This document shows, one piece after another, positions 33,960 to 46,580 of a stretch of 64,000 nucleotides of DNA. The stretch is taken from the NCBI GenBank assembly GCA_963849325.1, contig CAWKHF010000012.1, positions 704,001 to 768,000 of the forward strand, in the 5' to 3' direction. Under the pieces are notes generated by a model. That model saw nothing but the letters and a program-made list of their open reading frames with translations, was not told where the DNA came from and ran no database searches. Numbering within the stretch: the stretch's first letter is position 1; each line of letters begins with the position of its first letter. Both the position numbers and the translations under genes were made by a program. The stretch comes from an uncultured Planctomycetota bacterium (GTDB lineage: Bacteria; Planctomycetota; Planctomycetia; Gemmatales; Gemmataceae).

Positions 33960-33977
33960 AGCGAACCCTCGTTATCC
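33943..33977 (+). mobile_element. Truncated attC site
   Basis: GTCGAAC-CAAGCGCTGAAGCGAACC left arm; inverse core matches the GTTCGA at the start of cassette 2; right arm missing. Confidence 0.5.
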
Positions 33978-34556
33978 GGCCGGCGGCGATGCGGCCACAG
34001 GAGGCTGGAACAACTCGCGGACGGAGCAGCGGAAGCCGGGAACCACGTCCTCGCCGGTCAACTCACCCTCCTCGCCAACCTCGGCGAGGCGGCCATCGAG
34101 CCGGCGGATTTGCACCGTGCGCGTCGGCGGGATGACCAGCCAAATCAGGCGGATGCCGGCACTGCGATATTCGGCCAACTTCTCGGCGACTTCGTAATAG
34201 GTATCGTTCGGCGATACGACTTCCACCACCAAGTCGGGAACGAGGCGAATGTGTCCTTGTGGCAGCGCCTCGTCGGGAAATCGTCCGGCGCGGACAAAGG
34301 ACACGTCAGGTTTGCGGACCAGGTTCGGTCGTTGCGGAAGGAATTGATACGTCGCATCCGCCGGGAAAACCCAACCGAGGAAGGGGCTTTCACAAAAAGT
34401 GCCGAGGAGACGAATCAACCGACCCCCCACATAACTCGATACGGCGCCCATGTGCCTCTCCACCAGTTTGCCGTCCACAAGCTCATAGTCGCCGTCATCC
34501 GGCAGGCGCAGAAACTCCTCGGCGGTGATGAGCGGGGGGGATACGAGCAAATTCAT
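33972..34556 (-). CDS. Uma2-family endonuclease
   Basis: [22 protein letters not shown] and K..EY..AG...WLV.P motifs. Confidence 0.9.
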   Translation of the reverse strand: MNLLVSPPLITAEEFLRLPDDGDYELVDGKLVERHMGAVSSYVGGRLIRLLGTFCESPFLGWVFPADATYQFLPQRPNLVRKPDVSFVRAGRFPDEALPQGHIRLVPDLVVEVVSPNDTYYEVAEKLAEYRSAGIRLIWLVIPPTRTVQIRRLDGRLAEVGEEGELTGEDVVPGFRCSVRELFQPPVAASPPAG

Positions 34557-34614
34557 GTTTCGAGTCTCCCAGGGGACGAGGACACGAATAAGCCTAATCG
34601 GTCCGCATCGCGGA

Positions 34615-36922
<2,308 letters not shown>

Positions 36923-37084
36923 GATGCCGGCTCTCGTAGAGTTTCGGGCCGCCGAGGTGCGGCCTTCCTTTTATTCTACGCGAACCGGCAAACGCGACGG
37001 GACGCCGGAGCCTCTTGCCCCCGGCGGAGGGCCTTCGCTACCTTGATAGCGGAAGCCGTGGCCCTGTTGCGAGGAGGATTCGCC

Positions 37085-37450
37085 ATGCCGGAGCAAACGC
37101 CGTCGGGTCCGCCTATCCCCGCGGGATTGCCGTCCAGTCTTCACACCATCGCCGAGGTGCTGCGCGACCCCAAGCCGCTGAGCCGAGAAACGCGCGAAGT
37201 GCTCGCCGCCCTCGTGGACGAGTTGGGTGTGGCGCTGGCGGCCGCGCCGGTGCCGCCGGCCGAGGTGGCGCACCTGGCCGACAGCACTGCTCAGCTGGTA
37301 CGGGCCATCCACCATCGCGCCGCTCCGGGCATCCTGGCGTCGGCGCGCGACCGCCTCGAAGCCGCCCTCCTCGCCACCGAATCGAAGGCGCCGCTGATCG
37401 CCGGACTCGGCCAGCGCCTGCTCGACGCCCTCGCCAACATCGGCATTTGA
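37085..37450 (+). CDS. Small helical protein, DUF4404-like
   Basis: GGAGG RBS; C-terminal ..LLDALANIGI motif. Confidence 0.6.
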   Translation: MPEQTPSGPPIPAGLPSSLHTIAEVLRDPKPLSRETREVLAALVDELGVALAAAPVPPAEVAHLADSTAQLVRAIHHRAAPGILASARDRLEAALLATESKAPLIAGLGQRLLDALANIGI

Positions 37451-37474
37451 AGCGTTGCGGCGACCTCTTCTCCA

Positions 37475-38451
37475 TCACGCGACAGCCGCGCGGCGCCGTC
37501 CGCCCTGTCGCGGCGCGCCGTCTCTCTGCTGCCACCAATCCAGGCACCGGCGCAGGCCGGTCACCATGTCCGTCGTCGGCTTGTAGCCGAGTTCCGCGCA
37601 TGCCCGGTCGATGCTGGCCTGGCTGTGCCGCACGTCGCCGGGCCGCGCTGCTGTGTGCTCCGGCTGGATGTCGTGCCCAGCAGCGCGTTCAGGTGCTCGA
37701 CCAGTTCCAGCAGCGAAGTACGCCGGCCGCAGGCGATGTTGTAGACCTGGCCGCTGACGCCCGGCGCCTCGGCGGCCAGCAGGTTGGCCTGCACCACATC
37801 GGCGACAAACGTGAAGTCGCGCGACTGCTGGCCGTCGCCGTGGATGACGGGACTGCGTCCGGCGGTCATCGCCTCAATGAAGCGCGGAATCACCGCCGCG
37901 TAGGGGCTGTCCGGCGACTGCCGCGGGCCGAAGACGTTGAAATAGCGCAGTCGCACCGTCTCCAAGCCGTACACTTCGCTGAAGGCGGCGCAGTACTGCT
38001 CGCCGGCCAGCTTGGCGGCGGCGTAGGGCGACAGCGGCAACGTCGGGTCGCTCTCGCACTTGGGCAGACGCTCCGAGTTGCCGTAGGCGCTGGAGCTGGC
38101 CGCGTAGACGACGCGGCGCACGCCGGCGTCGCGCGCCGCCAGCAGGACGTGCAGCGTGCCGTTGACGCAGGCGTGGTGCGTCGCCAGCGGGTCGGCCACG
38201 CTGCGCGGCACCGAGGCCAGGGCCGCCTGGTGAAAGACCACCTCCACGCCCTGCACCGCCGCCTGCACCGTCGTCAGGTCGGTGATGTCGCCGTCGAACA
38301 CACGCACCTGCTCGCGCACCTGCGCCAGGTTGGCCGGGTCGCCCGTGCTGAAGTTGTCCAGCACGCGCACCGTGTGCCCGCGTCCCAGCAGCGCCTCGAC
38401 CAGGTGCGAGCCGATGAAACCCGCTCCGCCGGTAACCAGACATACCGTCAT
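37475..38451 (-). CDS. NAD-dependent nucleotide-sugar epimerase (UDP-GlcNAc/Glc 4-epimerase family; frameshift)
   Basis: [33 protein letters not shown] and RDFTFV motifs. Confidence 0.9.
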
Positions 38452-38470
38452 GTCATGCTCCTGTATTCAA

Positions 38471-38537
38471 GTTTAGCCGCGATGCGCAGCGGAGCGCGAG
38501 AGGCAAGCCCGCGCTCCGCTACGCGTCGCGGCTAAAC
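38471..38537. repeat. REP-like palindromic doublet (single-arm copy also at ~24585-24617)
   Basis: GTTTAGCCGCGATGCGCAGCGGAGCGCG ... CGCGCTCCGCTACGCGTCGCGGCTAAAC. Confidence 0.7.
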
Positions 38538-38546
38538 GGGAAAATC

Positions 38547-39897
38547 CTACGCCTTCACGATGCGGGCCCGAGGACGTGGCGCAGTCCGCCGTGGCGTTGC
38601 GCGTGTCCACGACAAGGCGGGCGTTCTCGACGACGAGATCCCAGTCGTAGGCCGAGTGATCGGTGACAATCACGACGCAGTCCTGCTCGCCAAGGAACTC
38701 CGGCGTCAGCGGCTGGCTGTCCAGGCGCAGGCTGTGGTGTCGCATGCGCGGCAGGCTGGGGACGTGCGGGTCGTTGTAGGAGACGACGGCGCCCTTCGCT
38801 TGCAGCAATTCCAGGATCGCGAAGGCCGGCGACTCGCGCGGATCGTCCACGTCCTTCTTGTAGGCGACGCCGAGCACGCACACGCGGCTGCCCTTGACCG
38901 ACTTGCCGTCCTCGTTGAGGGCGTCGGCCACGCGATCAACGACGTATTGCGGCATGGCCGTGTTGATCTCGCCGGCCAACTCGATGAAGCGCGTGTTGAT
39001 GCCGTACCTTGCGCGCGGCCCACGTCAGGTAGAACGGATCGATGGGGATGCAGTGTCCGCCCAGGCCGGGACCGGGATAGAACGCCTGGAAGCCGAACGG
39101 CTTGGTCTTGGCCGCCGCGATCACCTCCCAGACGTCGATGCCCATCGCCGCGAAGACGCCCTTCAATTCGTTGACCAGCGCGATGTTGACGGCGCGGTAG
39201 GTGTTCTCCAGGATCTTGCACGCCTCGGCGACGCGCGTACTCGACACCGGCACCACGCCGTCCACGATCGGCTCGTACAGGCGGACGGCCAGCTCGCGGC
39301 TGGTCTCGTCGAGTCCGCCGATCACTTTGGGGATATTGCGAGTCGCAAAATCGCGGTTGCCGGGATCTTCGCGCTCGGGGCTGTAGGCCAGGAAGAAATC
39401 GCGGCCGGCCTTGCAGGCCGCTCTCTTCCAGCAACGGCACGCAGCACGTCTTCGGTGGTGCCGGGGTAGGTGGTGCTTTCGAGGACGACCAGCTGTCCGG
39501 GCCGCAGGTGGGGCCGCAGCGTGATGGCGGTGTTGACGATGTACGACAGGTCCGGCTCGCGCGCCTCGCCCAGCGGCGTCGGCACGCAGATGACGATGGC
39601 GTCGGCCTCGGCGAAGCGGCGTGGATCGCCGGTCGCCTCGAAACGGCCGCTGCCGATCAACTCAGCCACGCGCTCGGCGCAGATGTGGCCGATGTAGCTT
39701 TCGCCGCGATTGAGCTTGGCGACCTTGTCGGCGTCGATGTCGAAGCCGAGCACGGGATAGCCGCCCCAGGCGAATGTCTCGGCCAGCGGCAGGCCGACGT
39801 AGCCGAGTCCGACCACGGCTACGCGGGCCGTGCACTCCTCAATGCGGCTGAGCAGTTCGTCGGCCAGAGACAGCGAGGAAGCCAGATCCAGGGTCAT
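38547..39897 (-). CDS. Nucleotide sugar dehydrogenase (UDP-GlcNAc/ManNAc 6-dehydrogenase family; frameshifts)
   Basis: [34 protein letters not shown] and [14 protein letters not shown] motifs. Confidence 0.9.
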
Positions 39898-39929
39898 GAA
39901 AGAGACTCCATTCTCAGGGTGCGGTTTCC

Positions 39930-39990
39930 CCACTAGCCCGGAGCGCCAGCGACGGGTACTCGGATCCGTCGCTGCGCTCCGGGCTAGTGG
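39930..39990. repeat. REP-like palindromic doublet
   Basis: CCACTAGCCCGGAGCGCCAGCGACGG ... CCGTCGCTGCGCTCCGGGCTAGTGG. Confidence 0.7.
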
Positions 39991-40011
39991 TTGCGAAACG
40001 AAACGATCCAA

Positions 40012-43000
40012 TCAGCGTACTTTCAGTTCTTCCAGCAAGCGCTGATACGCTTCCTGCTCGACCGGGTGCAGGGCGCTGGCCTGCAAGCCGGATTCCTTGG
40101 CCTGCTTGAAGACCTTGTAGGCGGTGGTCTTGTCGCGGGCCTGGTAGTGGGCCCGAGCCAGGTGGAACAGGTGCGCCGGCGTCGGCATGTCGGCGGCGGC
40201 GGCGCGGAAGTCGGCCAGGGCCGCGCTGTCCTGGCCCAACTTCAGGTAGACCAGGCCGCGCGTGTCGAGCAGGTCGGCGCGCCGGCCGATGCCGTTGACC
40301 GCCGCCTCGATCTTGGCCAGCGCTTCCCGCATCTTGTCGGCGTCGCTGGAGCGCTGCACCAGCAGCCAGGCCAGGTTGTTCAGGGCCACCACGTTCTTCG
40401 GCTCGTTTTGCAGCACCACGCGGTAGGCGGCCTCGGACTCCTCCCAGCGGCCGCGCTGATCGTACAGGTCGGCCAGGTGCAGCTGGAGGACGATGCTCCG
40501 GGGCTTGGCCTTGAGGGCTTCCTTGAGATGATTTTCGATGAGCAGGATCTGGGCGTCGGTCGGCGGCATGGCCGACGCCTGCATGTTCCGCAGCACGGCC
40601 ACGCTGGCGCCGCCGATGACTTCGGCGGCACACTTGTTTTCCGTCCAGGTCGCCTCGCAGCGCGCGAACGCCTCGGCGAGCTTCTTCTGCCGCCGCATCG
40701 AGTTGAGCACCAGCAGCACTTCCTCGGGCCGGGCGTTGGGTCGCCGGATGAGGTCTTCGAGCTTGCGCAGGGCCGCGTCGCCCTTGCCCTGGAGTTCCAG
40801 CAGCCGTGCCCGCAGTTCGACCGCCGCCAACGCATTCGGCTCCAAGCCGCGCTGCTGCTCCATCTCGCCGAGGCGATCCACCACGCCCTCCGCCTCGTCG
40901 AGTTCGTTGTGCTCCAGAAGCTCCTGGGCGTAGGAGACCAGGTACTGCGGCGATGCTTCGCTGCCGCGCGTCAGCTCCTGCAGGATGGGTCGGACCTTCA
41001 GCCACGAACCCTCGGCCTGGTACAGCATCGCCAGGATGAAGCGGTCGTCCGGCCGCAGCGCCTTGCTGCGTTCCAGCTCCACCAGCAATTCGAGGGCGCG
41101 TTGGCGGAAGGGACGATGGCCGGCCTGCGACGCCAGCACCCGCGCCTGGAATCGTCGAGCGTCCGTGCTGTCGGCGTGCTCCCGTTCCGGATCGCGGAGG
41201 AGTTGGCCGTTGCCGTCCAGCTTCAGCCCCACGAGCGCCAGGGCTTCGCGGAAGCGACCGTAATCGGTGCCGCTGGCCAGCAGCACCGCCAGGTGACGCC
41301 GCGCCCAGTTCTGATCGTCGGTTGAAGGCTCCTTGACGCGCTTTTCCACAATGTCGCGCAAGAGCGGCTCGGCGTCGGCCAGCCGTCCGGCGCTCCAGTA
41401 GAACGCCGCCACACGGCGCACGGTTGTCGCATCCTGGCGATTGCTGTTGAGGGCTTCACGGTAGCCGACCTCGGCCGAGCGCGTGCGGCCCAGCGCCTCG
41501 TAGCACTGCGACAGCACCATCTCCACTCGATTCTTCGGCAGCCGACGGCGGGCCTGTTCGAGCACGGCCTCGGCCTCCTTCTCGCGCTTCTGCCGGGCCA
41601 AAAACTGTACGAAGGTGACGTAAGGCTCCGGCTCGTGATCCGCCAGGCGCAGGGCGGCGCGGAACTTCTTCTCGGCCTCGTCGGTTTGGTTGGCCTCGGC
41701 GAGCAGGCGGCCATCCCACAGCAGGGCGCGATAATGCTTGCCATCCTCCGGAGCGCGATTGGCCTCCAGCAGCTTCAGCGCCCGCCGGGGATCGTGACGA
41801 CGAACCGCCACAAACGCGACCAGCCGGGCAAAGTCCGAGTCGGCCAGTGCCGGCCCCCGCAAGTAGCGCAGGGCGTTGTCGGCCTCCTCATAGCGCTCGG
41901 CGCCCGTCAGCAACTCGACCAGGTCGCGGATGACGCCCGGACTCCGCTCGCCGTTGTGGATGGCCTCTTGCAGATTGTTGATGGCGAGGTCGGGGTGGTC
42001 GGTCATCCGCTCGATCTGCGCCCGGGCCAGAAACAGCGCCGGCCAGGTCGGCCGCAGCGACTGCACGCGATCCAGCTGCCCTCGCGCTTCGTCCAGGATC
42101 TTGAGGCGATCCTCCTCCGGCTTCTTCTTCGCCACCCAGATGAGCCGCAGCGCTTCGCCATAGCGGTGGAACGGCCCGTGCTCGCCTTCCAGACCTCGAA
42201 TGGTCTCCAGCGCGGCCCTTATGCCGTCCTCGTCCTCCACTTTGAGGGCCAGATCGAACAGCAGCAGGTGCAGGGGGAGATCATTCTGTCGGCTCGTCAG
42301 CTTCGCCACGCGCTGCCATAGCCGCCGCGCGGCCTTCACATTGCCCAGCCCCAGCTGCACGTCCGCCAGGCCGCCCAGCAAACGCCCCCGATCGTCTTCC
42401 TTCTTGAGCCTGGCAATGCCGTCCGCCACGCCATTGATCGCGGTCTCGGCACTTTTGGGACTTTCTTCGGCCAGCAGGCGCGCCTCGGCCAGCAGCACGG
42501 ATACTTCCCCACTGTGCGTCTTCTTCGCTTCGTCCAGGATCTTGCGTGCCTCGATGGGCTGGCGAGCACGCAGCTCCAGGTAGACGCGGGCGGTCCACAG
42601 TTCGGCGTTGTCCTTCCAGGCGCCCTCGGTTTGTGCCTGCTTCAACACGTCGCGGGCCTTGTCCAGGCCCGTTTTCGGATCGCGAAGGACGCAAATTTGC
42701 GCCTTCGCCAACGGCAGATCGACCGAGCCGGGGTTGGCCTTGGTCGCATTCTCCAGCAGGTTCTCCACGTACTCCCAGTTGGGCGTCTCCTGCTGGGCCT
42801 GCCGCTGCGTCTCCAGGCGAACGTAGTCGAGCCAGACGCGATCCGGCATCCGCCCGGCCAGCGCCAGATCGCGGAATTTGTCGGCCGCGTTGTCGAGGTG
42901 GCCCATGGTCCACTCGGCCTGGGCCATGCCGACCTTGGCCGTCACCGAGTTGGGCTGGCCTTGCGCCAGGCGCTCGAAGGCGTTGTACATCTGCCCCGGC

Positions 43001-44344
43001 TCGACGAGTTGCTCGTAGCACTGGCCGAGATAGAGATTGATCTGGCCGGCCAGGTCGGGCTGCGTGCCCAGGGTCGGCCGCACCTGTTCGAGCAGGGTGA
43101 CGGCTTCCGCCCAGCGGTGGTCCAGCAAGAGCAGACGCGCCTTCAGGTAGTCTCCCGCCGCGGGAGTGCCGCGCGTCTTGCGGATTTGTTCGATCGACTC
43201 CGCTACCTCGGCGCGAGCTCGCGCCTCCGTTCCCTGGACTCCGCCGACTCGTCGTCGCGCCGGCGCCGAGCCGTTCGATGTCGTCCAGCAGCAGATCGGC
43301 CTTCTGCCACAGAAGTTGATAGCGGGTCCAATCGACGGCCGCCGCTCGACCGCCGCGAGCGTGCAGCTTCAGACCCTGCTTCAAATAATCCAGCGCCTTG
43401 CCGCGATGCTCGGCCCGGCGTTTTTCCTTCTCCGCCGGTGCGGCCTCGCTGGCGAGGACGGCCTGCGCCTCCAGGCGCTCCAGGTCGGCGGCGGCCAGGA
43501 GCACGTCCACCGACTCGGGAGCGCGCTGCAGCGCCCGGGCCACGTCATCCGCCGCGTCCCGCAGCGCCACCTGACCGTTGGTGGGCGAGCCTTGGAGATC
43601 GAGAAGCCGGAACTCGCGCCGATAGCGCCAACGCGCCAGGTACGCCTCGTGAGAGAGCGGATTATTGGCGACCAGTTCGTCGAGGGCTTTGTCTGCCTCC
43701 GCCTGGTTCCACCGAAGCGTTTCTGCCTCTACCTCCTTCTGACGGCGCAGCAGAGAAGCCAGCCGCACATAATTGAGCTGTTCCTGCGGCGCATGGCGGA
43801 CGGCGAGGCGGTAGCAGACGAGCGCCTTGGCCGGCTGGTTCTCGGCTTCGAGCAGTTGTCCGCCATAGCCTTCGGACTCGCCGCGCCGGATCGGCGTTCG
43901 CTCCGGCCGCGTCCGCCGGCTCGGCGAGGAACTCCTTGGTCAGCAGTTTCTCCAGGTGGTTGCGGGCCGTCTTGAGTTCCTGCACTTCCAGGGCCACCTT
44001 CACCAGCATCCGACGTAGCTCGGGCTGGTCCTCGCCGCGCGTCAGCACCTCGTCGAGCAGACGCACGACCTTGGTGCGTTCGCGCGTGCCGGCGAAGACG
44101 TCGCCAGCCCACAAGCGGCCAGCCGCGCCTTCTCCGTCAGGTCTTTCGGATTGAATTCCAGGTAGCGCTGCAGATAGCGCGCCTGGCGCTTGACATCGCC
44201 CTGCTCCTCGGCGCGGCGCGCCTGCCACAAGAGCGAATCGGCGATGCGCTGGTACTGGAAGTGGTGTACGCCGAAGACGGCGCCGGTACACAAGACGCCG
44301 GCGATCAGAAGCCCCAGGAAGAGCTTGGCGTTGATTTTACGCAT
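40012..44344 (-). CDS. Very large TPR protein with N-terminal membrane anchor (EPS/PEP-CTERM-associated; frameshifts)
   Basis: MRKINAKLFLGLL TM segment; many TPRs; C-terminal ALNNLAWLL...LLDTRG..Y motif. Confidence 0.8.
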
Positions 44345-44512
44345 GAGAAGTCATTCCATCGGTTGCGGCGGCGGCCAGGACGATGCGGGACGCGCGCCGG
44401 AGATAGAGGGAGGGCCGGACGCCGGGCCGGAACGGGCCGGGTAGCCGTGGGGAGAGTGGGCGGGTGGCAGGAACGAAGGTCATGGTTGGCGTCGTCTGGG
44501 TTGAAACAAGTT

Positions 44513-44550
44513 CCCTGTCCGGGCGTCCGGCGGCGGACGTCCGGACAGGG
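44513..44550 (-). terminator. Hairpin downstream of the PEP-CTERM gene
   Basis: CCCTGTCCGGGCGTCCG / CGGACGTCCGGACAGGG stem; no strong U tract. Confidence 0.4.
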
Positions 44551-44601
44551 GCTGCGTCCAATCAACGAGGACACGAGTCGGTGTCGAGGACATCGCCGCG
44601 T

Positions 44602-45327
44602 TTAGGCCAACAGTTCGGCGAACGTGTGGCGGCGCTCGCGCCAGGACGTGACGCCGGCGAAGGCCAGGCCCAGGCACGACAGCACCAACGTGGACGGCTC
44701 GGGCGTGCTGGATACTGTGCCAGTCCCTCCCGTCACGTTGATATAGGCGCCGATGCTGCCGACCGGACTGGGACTGCCCGGCGACGGCGGAATCGGCGGC
44801 CCAGGCGCCGTATACGACAACAAACCCGACGAGAGCGTGAACTTGTCGCCATTGCTGGCCGTCCAGGTGTACGACGACTGCGGATTGCTGGGATCGGTGC
44901 CGATGCCGGAGAACGTGTTGCCCACGTTGGCATTGGATTGGGAAAACGTGTTCTGGCTCTTGGTCGGGTCCGTCAGGTCGGTAATGCCCAGCTTGCCCGT
45001 CAGAAAGATGGTCGGACTGGTCTGACCGTTGTTCTGGTCCGTAATGGTCAGGCCAACCTGATACGCTCCACTGTTGACGAACGTATTGGGGCTGGACGGC
45101 AACGCCGTACTGGACAGGCTCAGGTTGCTGACGATGACGTTGGAGCTGTTCTGCGCCGTCCCCGACGACTGCGAGAAGGCCACCGAGCCGGAGTTGTTGT
45201 CCGCCGGGAGGATCGCCTGCGAAGGGCTGAAACTGTAGGTCCAGTTCACTGGACCCGCCGTCGCCCAGCCGCCGGCCAAGAAGAGCAGGCCGGCCGACGA
45301 GGCGAACAAGAGAAGGGAACGTTTCAT
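44602..45327 (-). CDS. PEP-CTERM surface protein, copy 1
   Basis: Signal peptide MKRSLLLFASSAGLLFLAGGWATA; S/T/N/G-rich body; TPEPSTLVLSCLGLAFAG..WRERR. Confidence 0.88.
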   Translation of the reverse strand: MKRSLLLFASSAGLLFLAGGWATAGPVNWTYSFSPSQAILPADNNSGSVAFSQSSGTAQNSSNVIVSNLSLSSTALPSSPNTFVNSGAYQVGLTITDQNNGQTSPTIFLTGKLGITDLTDPTKSQNTFSQSNANVGNTFSGIGTDPSNPQSSYTWTASNGDKFTLSSGLLSYTAPGPPIPPSPGSPSPVGSIGAYINVTGGTGTVSSTPEPSTLVLSCLGLAFAGVTSWRERRHTFAELLA

Positions 45328-45460
45328 ATCTGTGGGTCCTTTCCTATCCGTGGTATTGACCACACGAAGAATCTGCGAACGATCTCCGGAATCCATTCGA
45401 GAGGTCCCATCGAGGAGCGCGACCTTCAACCGCGTCGAGCTTCCTCGACTTCGCAAGCGT

Positions 45461-45489
45461 ACTGTAAAAAGCTCCCCTCATCCTGTCAA
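45461..45489 (-). promoter_or_regulatory. Sigma-70-like promoter of copy 1 (duplicated at 46430-46458)
   Basis: TTGACA-N17-TACAGT. Confidence 0.55.
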
Positions 45490-45564
45490 GCAGAGCGTCG
45501 GCCCTCGGTCGGCACCGGCGTCAGGTCAACGAGGACACGGAGTCGTCGTCGGGACATCCCGCGT

Positions 45565-46296
45565 TTAGGCCAACAGTTCGGCGAACGTGTGGCGGCGCTT
45601 GCGCCAGGACGTGACGCCGGCGAAGGCCAGGCCCAGGCACGACAGCACCAACGTGGACGGCTCGGGCGTGCTGGCGGTTGTACCACTGCCGCTACTCGGC
45701 GTCACAGTGATATAGGCGCCGATGCTGCCGACCGGACTGGGACTGCCCGGCGACGGCGGAATCGGCGGTCCAGGCGCCGTGTACGACAACAAACCCGACG
45801 AGAGCGTGAACTTGTCGCCATTGCTGGCCGTCCAGGTGTACGACGACTGCGGATTGCTGGGATCGGTGCCGATGCCGGAGAACGTGTTGCCCACGTTGGC
45901 ATTGGATTGGGAAAACGTGTTCTGGCTCTTGGTCGGGTCCGTCAGGTCGGTAATGCCCAGCTTGCCCGTCAGAAAGATGGTCGGACTGGTCTGACCGTTG
46001 TTCTGGTCCGTAATGGTCAGGCCAACCTGATACGCTCCACTGTTGACGAACGTATTGGGGCTGGACGGCAACGCCGTACTGGACAGGCTCAGGTTGCTGA
46101 CGATGACGTTGGAGCTGTTCTGCGCCGTCCCCGACGACTGCGAGAAGGCCACCGAGCCGGAGTTGTTGTCCGCCGGGAGGATCGCCTGCGAAGGGCTGAA
46201 ACTGTAGGTCCAGTTCACTGGACCCGCCGTCGCCCAGCCGCCGGCCAAGAAGAGCAGGCCGGCCGACGAGGCGAACAAGAGAAGGGAACGTTTCAT
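45565..46296 (-). CDS. PEP-CTERM surface protein, copy 2
   Basis: Same as copy 1 except the linker (TPSSGSGTTAS) and WRKRR. Confidence 0.88.
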   Translation of the reverse strand: MKRSLLLFASSAGLLFLAGGWATAGPVNWTYSFSPSQAILPADNNSGSVAFSQSSGTAQNSSNVIVSNLSLSSTALPSSPNTFVNSGAYQVGLTITDQNNGQTSPTIFLTGKLGITDLTDPTKSQNTFSQSNANVGNTFSGIGTDPSNPQSSYTWTASNGDKFTLSSGLLSYTAPGPPIPPSPGSPSPVGSIGAYITVTPSSGSGTTASTPEPSTLVLSCLGLAFAGVTSWRKRRHTFAELLA

Positions 46297-46505
46297 ATCT
46301 GTGGGTCCTTTCCTATCCGTGGTATTGACCACACGAAGAATCTGCGAACGATCTCCGGAATCCATTCAAGAGGTCCCATCGAGGAGCGCGACCTTCAACC
46401 GCGTCGAGCTTCCTCGACTTCGCAAGCGTACTGTAAAAAGCTCCCCTCATCCTGTCAAGCAGAGCGTCGGCCCCTCGGCGTCCGCGCCGGTAAACTGGAC
46501 CGAAC

Positions 46506-46570
46506 TGGCGAACGGCCGGCGTAAGCCGGCTGGTGGGACGCACCAGCCGGCTTACGCCGGCCGTTCGCCA
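46506..46570. repeat. REP-like palindromic doublet downstream of lpdA
   Basis: TGGCGAACGGCCGGCGTAAGCCGGCTGGTG ... CACCAGCCGGCTTACGCCGGCCGTTCGCCA. Confidence 0.7.
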
Positions 46571-46580
46571 TTCGCTCGCC

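Larger units (their letters stand above)
44562..46478. repeat. Tandem ~0.96-kb duplication (44562-45508 and 45526-46478) containing promoter plus gene
   Basis: Near-identical sequence at an offset of 963-969 nt. Confidence 0.9.

Noticed and set aside
44562-46478. Diversity-generating retroelement TR/VR pair
   Set aside because: Differences are not adenine-specific, include an indel, both copies are full genes, and no reverse transcriptase is present.
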